Positions 57,682 to 64,000 of a stretch of DNA of 64,000 bases are shown one piece after another (the first letter of the stretch is position 1; each line of letters starts with the position of its first letter). Location of the stretch: sequence record LC819009.1, one strand, 5' to 3'. The position numbers and the translations under genes are program-made. Under the pieces are notes generated by a model that saw nothing but the letters and a program-made list of their open reading frames with translations, did no database searches and was not told the DNA's origin.

Positions 57682-59778
57682 ATGGATAATATTCTGTTGC
57701 TCAACAAGAGGAACAAAACAGCAGTTTACCCAAGTGATCTGCTGGTCATTGACATTGACAGAACCTGTCCGATTCTCGGAAATCCGTTTCCGATGAAGGA
57801 CAAAGACGACGATGAAGAACGCTCTTTTGTGATCGATTCATACCGTCGGTATTTTGAAAAAGAGTATACCAATAATGGGATACTCACCAAACGAATTCAT
57901 GAACTTGCAGACCTGGTTCGCTCTGGTAAGCGGATCGGTCTTCGCTGCTGGTGTCACCCTAAACCGTGTCACGGCAACATCATCATCTCCAAGATCAAAA
58001 AACTACTGGAAGGAAACATGTCTGAATCGCCTCAACAACCCAGTAAAGAGTTTCTGAACTATCCCTTCGCAAAGGAAGACATCGATTACGTCGAATGTCG
58101 TTTCGCTATCCACATTCCGAAGGATCGAAACAACGAGAAAGGTATCGACCTTCATGCAGTTAAGGAAATCATTCACTTCAAGGATGGCACGACCAAGCCG
58201 TGGGTGAAGTACATTCCGAACTACCAGTGCAAATTCTGGACGACGAAGCCTCATGTTCGTAACGGCAAGTTTGCACACAAGCAGAAGAAAGAATGGGAGT
58301 CGCTCGATAACCTGATTGAAGGTCAGGCTACCGCTTCCGGCATGGGCTTTGCTGTTGCTCGTGCGCTGGATCAGATGCGTCTGGCTGATCGTTATTTCGA
58401 TCTGAAGGATTCGCCCTACGTCTACGGTCTGGATATTCCGTCGACGGTGCAACTCAAGCACGACTACACCGTGCGTATGCAGGGTAAGGCTGATACGCCG
58501 TTTACCATCGCCTATTCTGATACTGAAACGAACATGCTCGGTATCGAAGAAGGTGCTTCGAAACACATCATCATGCAGTCGCTCTTCCATCAGGATGGAC
58601 GTCTGTTCACGGTGATTCTCGAAGACTTCGTGAAGACGCTGCCTAATCCGCAGAAAGATCTTCGCGCCCTCTATGACGAACACATGCCTGAGCAAGGCAA
58701 GGAACTCGTCAAGGATTGGGAAATCGCAATCGTCAAAGAACCGATCGACATCGTCAAGGCAATTTTGCAACGTTGCCATACGTGGCAGCCTGACTTCCTG
58801 TCGTTCTGGAACATGATCTTCGACTTGGACAAAATGATCCAGTGCGTTGAAGACGCCGGTTATCGCCCAGAAGACATCTTCTGCGATCCTCGTCTGCCGC
58901 GTGAGTTGCGTTATGCATACCTGAAGCGCGCTAACCCGAGCAAGACGTCGGCATCGGGTCGTCTGATGACCAAGAAGCCTGCCGACCAGTGGCATAGCTG
59001 GCTATGTCCTGCCTCGTTTTACATCATTGACCAGATGGCCACCTACCGCTTCGTTCGTAAATCGAAGCAGCTGGAAAAGTCTTACGGTCTGGATGACATT
59101 CTGGGCAAGGAACTCGAAGGTCTGGGTAAGCTTAAGCACAAGCCTGCTGAAGGTTTGACTAAAGCTGAATTCCACATCTTCATGCAACAGAAATATCCTG
59201 GCGAGTATGTGATCTATCACATCTGGGATGCGGTCTGTATGCACCTGCTGACATTGAAGACGAAGGACTTGTCATTCTCGTTGCCAGGTACGACGGAGTT
59301 CTCGGACTTCATGAGCTTTGAATCGGAACCGAAGCGTTACATCCACAAGTTCCATTTCTACGCATTGGAAAACCATCGATGCGTCACTGGTGTATCCAGT
59401 AAAGCTCTGGTGCAAGAATACGACGACATGACCATCTCCACCAAAGGTCACATCGTTACTCTTGAACCACACTTGACTGTGGATTCGGGGATGAAGATCT
59501 TCAATGATTATCCCGAGCTACAGACAAACTTCTACGGCCATAATGCTGACCTGGACGTCAAGTCCAGTTATCCATACGGCCAGTGGGTTTTCAACATGTC
59601 GCGTACGACGACTGTTCGAGAACTCGTTGAGATCGAAGGTGTGCGTGATCATGTTCGCCGCATCCAGGGTCTTAACATCTCTGGTGGACGCAGTAATGCA
59701 GTTGAATTCTGTACTGAGATCTTCGGTCTTCCGACTCTTGCCGAACTCGACAAGATTTACGATCAAGCAAATGCATAA
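57682..59778 (+). CDS. Split family B DNA polymerase, exonuclease/motif-A subunit (phiKZ gp82-like), with N-terminal DUF4326-like domain
   Basis: ExoI YSDTET, ExoII FWNMIFD, ExoIII YHIWD, motif A DLDVKSSYP; N-terminal LGNPF...LRCWCHPKPCHG; AAGGTG RBS before ATG 57682. Confidence 0.85.
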   Translation: MDNILLLNKRNKTAVYPSDLLVIDIDRTCPILGNPFPMKDKDDDEERSFVIDSYRRYFEKEYTNNGILTKRIHELADLVRSGKRIGLRCWCHPKPCHGNIIISKIKKLLEGNMSESPQQPSKEFLNYPFAKEDIDYVECRFAIHIPKDRNNEKGIDLHAVKEIIHFKDGTTKPWVKYIPNYQCKFWTTKPHVRNGKFAHKQKKEWESLDNLIEGQATASGMGFAVARALDQMRLADRYFDLKDSPYVYGLDIPSTVQLKHDYTVRMQGKADTPFTIAYSDTETNMLGIEEGASKHIIMQSLFHQDGRLFTVILEDFVKTLPNPQKDLRALYDEHMPEQGKELVKDWEIAIVKEPIDIVKAILQRCHTWQPDFLSFWNMIFDLDKMIQCVEDAGYRPEDIFCDPRLPRELRYAYLKRANPSKTSASGRLMTKKPADQWHSWLCPASFYIIDQMATYRFVRKSKQLEKSYGLDDILGKELEGLGKLKHKPAEGLTKAEFHIFMQQKYPGEYVIYHIWDAVCMHLLTLKTKDLSFSLPGTTEFSDFMSFESEPKRYIHKFHFYALENHRCVTGVSSKALVQEYDDMTISTKGHIVTLEPHLTVDSGMKIFNDYPELQTNFYGHNADLDVKSSYPYGQWVFNMSRTTTVRELVEIEGVRDHVRRIQGLNISGGRSNAVEFCTEIFGLPTLAELDKIYDQANA

Positions 59779-59789
59779 AGCATAGGTGC

Positions 59790-59824
59790 CTACTCCTACC
59801 CGCAAGGGTAGGAGTAGAACTATG
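59790..59824. terminator. Bidirectional hairpin with TATG on both sides
   Basis: 12-bp perfect stem, GCAA loop. Confidence 0.8.
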
Positions 59825-59829
59825 TCTGT

Positions 59830-60429
59830 TTACCACAAGCTGTAACCAGCAGGTGTGTATTTGGGATTTGCCTGCCAGTCCACAATGGTTGCACCTACCT
59901 GACCATTAGGACTGGAAATGACAGGATAGTAATTGGTTTGTCCCGGCGAATAGGTCGTGAGGCTAAGTGTGCCTTCATTGACGCCATTGCGGTAATAGGT
60001 AAACTGTTTGTTGACAAAATCGACAGCCATGCCGACGTAGTCGCCTTGAGTAAACCCAGTTACACCGTAGTTAGCACGAACGTTGCTGTTGTAAATCAGC
60101 TGACTCACAGCACCTGTGCAATACCAGAAGACTTCCCCGGAATTGCTGGTCCATGGCGTATTAAAAGTCGTCGTGGTTGTTCCAAGACCAATAAGAGGAC
60201 TGTATGAAACAGAACCCTCAAACTGAGTCATAAGAACTTCAAAATACCACTTGCCTCCATTGGCAACGGCTCTGGATAGAGTTGCAAAAACTGAGCCGCC
60301 CGTGTTTCCGCAGTTCGCTCTCAGGTTTCCGTTTGAAACGGAAACCGAAGTAGCTTTAAGTGTTGGGCTAAAAGTCGTTGTTGTTGCTGCGATTGTTTTC
60401 TTTTTTAACAGCAAGCTAGTTGCCAACAT
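59830..60429 (-). CDS. SPRY/B30.2-like domain protein 1
   Basis: GGKWYFEV, GDYVGMAVDF, YYRNG, YYPVIS motifs. Confidence 0.8.
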   Translation of the reverse strand: MLATSLLLKKKTIAATTTTFSPTLKATSVSVSNGNLRANCGNTGGSVFATLSRAVANGGKWYFEVLMTQFEGSVSYSPLIGLGTTTTTFNTPWTSNSGEVFWYCTGAVSQLIYNSNVRANYGVTGFTQGDYVGMAVDFVNKQFTYYRNGVNEGTLSLTTYSPGQTNYYPVISSPNGQVGATIVDWQANPKYTPAGYSLW

Positions 60430-60432
60430 AAA

Positions 60433-61032
60433 TCACCACCGAGAAAAGCCGGACGGAATCGGATTCACCAGGTTCGTCGTGAAGTCAACGATCGCAGGCG
60501 AACCACCAGCATTCACGCTACATGAAACCGGATAGTACGTGTGTCCGAGGTTACTGTAAGTGGAAAGGGAGAGTTTTCCTCGCGCAGTTCCACCAAGAAT
60601 AAATTCGATCGTGTTGTTGACCAGATCCAGACAGATACCGATCACACCACCTGCACTTACGAATGTACCGTAGTTCAGACGTGCATCAGCAGCATAGCTG
60701 ACCTGTGCATTATTGGGTGCGCTTCCGTAGAAGAGAACCTGATCCAGTGCGCCGCCGCCATACACGTTTGACAACCCTGTGCGTTCAGAACAGATCCCGG
60801 TCATTGGTGCTGCGCCGCCTGACCACCCACTCTCAGTCTGGACAATCAGAATTTCGGTGTACCACTTTCCAGTAGTTTTACCGATAGTGCCGCGAGCACC
60901 TGCTCGTGAGTTGGATGCCAGCGTTGCTCGTGAATTGGTATTCGACAGCGTTACACCGGAAACTACGACAGCAGGATCCCAAGCCAGCAAAGATCCTGTC
61001 TTCTTCTTTAAAAGCAGGGAGTTGTCAAGCAT
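60433..61032 (-). CDS. SPRY/B30.2-like domain protein 2
   Basis: GKWYTEI, GVIGICLDL, YYPV motifs; ATG 61032 gives the same SLLLKKKT leader as the paralog. Confidence 0.75.
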   Translation of the reverse strand: MLDNSLLLKKKTGSLLAWDPAVVVSGVTLSNTNSRATLASNSRAGARGTIGKTTGKWYTEILIVQTESGWSGGAAPMTGICSERTGLSNVYGGGALDQVLFYGSAPNNAQVSYAADARLNYGTFVSAGGVIGICLDLVNNTIEFILGGTARGKLSLSTYSNLGHTYYPVSCSVNAGGSPAIVDFTTNLVNPIPSGFSRW

Positions 61033-61099
61033 ATAAAGCCCAGTATAATTGGTCAAAAGTCATAGAATCGTACCTAGGCTTTCGCCTAGGTACGAGTTC

Positions 61100-61795
61100 T
61101 TAACCGATGTACTGGATGATTTCGTCGACGGATTTCTTCACTTCAGTGAAGAGGCGAGTTGCGTCAACAGTGAAAAGAGGACCCGCTTCCTGGATGCGAC
61201 GCTGCGCGAATTGCAGGCGGAAATTCTGGATGAGATTCTCGAAGAATTCATCCGGTTTCGTTTCGAACGCGTCCTTCGTATTGCCGAGCGCACTCACTCG
61301 CTCGTCGACACGAGCACGAGACGTTGCCAGATCGATGTCCAGGAAGATCGTGGCGTAGCCTTTGATCTGGCTGTAGAGCCATGCCCGCGTTTGAAGCGGA
61401 TAGCCTGCCAGGATGTTGGGCAGATTCAGATGGTAGTCGAACATCTGATCACAGAGCTTCTTAGGGATTCCCTGGGTGAAGTGCTGGTACACCCATGTCG
61501 TGTCGTTCCAACGGTCACTGATGACCACCTGGCCAGACAGAAGGGCAGGTATGATGGTCTCGACCAGTACCCGACGTCGCAGATACAGAATGCACGACAA
61601 AACTGCCGGCATCGGGATTTTCTGATGGATCCATGCGTCCCGCATGAACGATGCTTCTTCGTCTTTCGGGTAGGCAGCCACGACGACGTTCGGAATACCC
61701 TTGGCGGTCAGGTATTCGCCGATGTGTTGCGAGATGCTGCTCTTGCCACTACCGTCGATGCCTTCAACGGTCCAGAAACGATTGTCACTTGCCAC
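61100..61795 (-). CDS. tmk: Thymidylate (dTMP) kinase
   Basis: VEGIDGSGKSS P-loop, VISDRW motif, FLDID..TSRAR. Confidence 0.9.
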   Translation of the reverse strand: MASDNRFWTVEGIDGSGKSSISQHIGEYLTAKGIPNVVVAAYPKDEEASFMRDAWIHQKIPMPAVLSCILYLRRRVLVETIIPALLSGQVVISDRWNDTTWVYQHFTQGIPKKLCDQMFDYHLNLPNILAGYPLQTRAWLYSQIKGYATIFLDIDLATSRARVDERVSALGNTKDAFETKPDEFFENLIQNFRLQFAQRRIQEAGPLFTVDATRLFTEVKKSVDEIIQYIG

Positions 61796-61901
61796 GATTG
61801 GTCTCCTAGTTTAACCAGGGTATCTGCCGAAAGAATAAAAAAATAAAGCAAAAAAAAATCCCCGGTGTTACCCGGGGAGAAAATACACGCGCCGCCGAGG
61901 G

Positions 61902-62672
61902 CTACACGCGACGCATGTAGAGACTCAGTGGCACGTAGGACGGATTCACGAAACGATACATCGCAGCGGCACTCTGTTCCTTCTCGCGGCAGTTATTCGC
62001 GAAACGAACGAAGTGCTCCAACTCGCCCTTGTTCTTGGCGGTGCCGACGTACACACTGTTCTGCTCCTTAAGCGAACTGTAGTAGACTTCGACGCCGCCT
62101 TCTTTCGAGCGAGCATATGCCTGTACGCCATCGGGGATGATGACGTCATGCACAGTCTTGATATAGTTCCGGTTGTACTTCACCGGATACCACAACGACT
62201 TGTTGACCTCGTCGGTGAACTGACGCAGATTCTCGAAGTAGTAGTTCGCGGCTTCCAGGACCATGTTCTTGTAGTCTGGGTTGTGGAACTCCTGCGCAAT
62301 GCTGCTGCCGCTGAAGACACGGATAACAACCTTGCGAGGACCCCGCATTACTGCGACCATCTTCGAAGGAAGAATGAAAACGCCATGGCCAGGAATGACC
62401 TTGACGCCTTCTTCTTTCTTATCAAACAACTGACGTAGCTTGCCTCGCTGGGCGAAAGCTTTCGACTGACCGAGCGCAACGTTGTAGATGCGAAATGTCT
62501 CAGCCGATACTTCTTCGTCCACGATGGGCGTGAACACGTGATTCTGGCGAATGCTATTCACCCGCCATGCCTTGTCGCCATAGCTGGCGTTAACCATGGA
62601 CAGGTCCGAATCGATCGGGAATTCGCGATTCAGAATACGCACTACGTTTTTGCCGACGGAGATCTGTTGCAT
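61902..62672 (-). CDS. Hypothetical protein
   Basis: 256-aa ORF, AAGGA RBS. Confidence 0.7.
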   Translation of the reverse strand: MQQISVGKNVVRILNREFPIDSDLSMVNASYGDKAWRVNSIRQNHVFTPIVDEEVSAETFRIYNVALGQSKAFAQRGKLRQLFDKKEEGVKVIPGHGVFILPSKMVAVMRGPRKVVIRVFSGSSIAQEFHNPDYKNMVLEAANYYFENLRQFTDEVNKSLWYPVKYNRNYIKTVHDVIIPDGVQAYARSKEGGVEVYYSSLKEQNSVYVGTAKNKGELEHFVRFANNCREKEQSAAAMYRFVNPSYVPLSLYMRRV

Positions 62673-62706
62673 GTCGATTTTATCCTTACGTTTTGAAAGT
62701 TGAAGC

Positions 62707-63444
62707 TTAAGCTGCGTTGGTGCTTACATCTTCAGAGTTTGCTGCTTCCAGGCTTTCGCCCGATGCTGCTTTTTGGCGAGCCTTGATGATGCAGATCGCC
62801 ATGTCCACGGCCACCAGGAAGTGGGCGTGAGAGGTTTGGTACGGATTCTTCGGAACAGAAACCGTACTGGCCAGCCGTCGCGGATCGCCTGCTTCTTCAT
62901 AGCTTTCCAGCGGAGCAGTCGTCTGATACGCGTCGATCATTTCCTTGGTAGCGGCGATGACCGAATCGACCCAGACATACTTCTTCTTCCATGCTGCCTT
63001 GTAATAGCGCTTGGCATCTTCAACCGAATAGCCGGCATTGGCGAGAGTCGCCAGACAGCCTTGTTCGAAGATTGCCCGCGTACGGACAGACAGCGGAATC
63101 GCGACGATTGTGCGGCCGACTTCTTTTTCATCTTGCTTGCGGATGTTGACGCGCAGGTCCCATTCACCGAGTCGGTGGGGAACGCGGCTCCAACCGTGGA
63201 AGAACTGTACCAGGTCCTTCTGGCGTCCTTCAGACACGATCCGTTCGATTTCTGCTACAGCCGCTTCATCGGCGGCAGATGCGAGAGGTGCAGGGGCTAC
63301 CCGATGTGCAGGACGATGGGCTGCATGGTTATTTCCTCCACGACTGAAGGTCGAGGTATGCGGCCGGTGACGTTGGCCTTCTGTGGATTGGGGCGTCTTA
63401 TTCTTGTTGCCGCCGAATCGATGTGCCATGTTGAGATAAGTCAT
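62707..63444 (-). CDS. Hypothetical protein with basic disordered N-terminus
   Basis: GGGAG RBS before ATG 63444. Confidence 0.65.
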   Translation of the reverse strand: MTYLNMAHRFGGNKNKTPQSTEGQRHRPHTSTFSRGGNNHAAHRPAHRVAPAPLASAADEAAVAEIERIVSEGRQKDLVQFFHGWSRVPHRLGEWDLRVNIRKQDEKEVGRTIVAIPLSVRTRAIFEQGCLATLANAGYSVEDAKRYYKAAWKKKYVWVDSVIAATKEMIDAYQTTAPLESYEEAGDPRRLASTVSVPKNPYQTSHAHFLVAVDMAICIIKARQKAASGESLEAANSEDVSTNAA

Positions 63445-63541
63445 AATGACTCCCAAGACATAATTTTGGTAAGCGAGGAATTCGCTTGTTTTAACCAACA
63501 GAACAGAACCCAGCAAAAGTTTTAGCCGGAAATTCATTTTG

Positions 63542-63558
63542 ATTATATATTGTTGATT
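63542..63558 (-). promoter_or_regulatory. Putative early phage promoter (weaker match)
   Basis: AATCAACAATATATAAT. Confidence 0.5.
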
Positions 63559-63638
63559 TTTTCTGCATTATATCTGAACGCTACACAAATAAAAACAGAC
63601 ATAGACCAATACCAGAAGCCTTGCGGCCTCTGGTATCG

Positions 63639-63998
63639 TCATTTCTTTTGCTGTTGATTACTAGGCGTTTGATCGAGCAACTTCTCCAACTTCCGAATGG
63701 CGCCGTTTCCGGCACCCAGGAGCTTGGCGCTATGCTTCTTCGCCGAGTTAATCACCTTCAGGAAATCGCGTCGAGGATAACGAATTAACTCATCGAAGGA
63801 AAACCCGAAGATTTCGTGCACCTTGTTTTCGGCAAACTGGTCGAGACGGAAGTCAAACGGGTCCACACGAGCCAGATCCTCAAGCGGCGAGCAGAATAAC
63901 AGAGGCCATGGAACGTTCTTGAAGTCGTCCGGTCCGTCGTGATTGTAGATGCCGAATGCGGTTTCGTACTTCATCCGCATGAACAACTCCGCGTCCAC
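63639..63998 (-). CDS. Hypothetical protein, C-terminal part (probably truncated at the right edge)
   Basis: Open frame reaches the window end. Confidence 0.55.
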   Translation of the reverse strand: MDAELFMRMKYETAFGIYNHDGPDDFKNVPWPLLFCSPLEDLARVDPFDFRLDQFAENKVHEIFGFSFDELIRYPRRDFLKVINSAKKHSAKLLGAGNGAIRKLEKLLDQTPSNQQQKK

Positions 63999-64000
63999 CA

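Noticed and set aside
1226-59778. Inteins or group I introns in the helicase, thyA or polymerase genes
   Set aside because: Frames are continuous, and no C/S...HN-C/S/T splice motifs or LAGLIDADG blocks were seen.
1-64000. tRNA, rRNA or tmRNA genes
   Set aside because: No cloverleaf with T-loop/D-loop consensus was seen in the intergenic gaps inspected by eye; tRNAscan or Infernal would be needed to exclude them formally.

Overview
This window is a segment of a phiKZ-like (Chimalliviridae-type) jumbo phage genome; the host cannot be determined from the sequence. Conserved core genes are the major capsid protein N-terminus (cut by the left edge), a DnaB-like helicase, thymidylate synthase, dTMP kinase, the exonuclease/motif-A subunit of the split family B DNA polymerase, and the head/baseplate block in the same order as phiKZ gp84-gp101. 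About 35 kb of mostly minus-strand accessory genes lie between them, plus a 1236-aa collagen-like fibre and two SPRY-domain paralogs. Three non-coding signals recur: a phage promoter WWTC-N4-ATATATWAC (7 copies), tetraloop hairpins followed by TATG (about 14 copies), and TTTTAAAA just before ribosome binding sites (12 copies). The best candidates for new biology are a promoter-to-terminator sRNA of about 160 nt displaying anti-Shine-Dalgarno motifs, a protein with an IF2 N-domain mimic, an array of six winged-helix paralogs with an AAA+ ATPase, a sigma region-4-like protein, a DUF4326-like domain fused to the DNA polymerase subunit, an orphan QueC, and an M48-like virion metalloprotease. All family calls are from motif recognition by eye; no database search was run, and phiKZ gp numbers are by synteny and size only.
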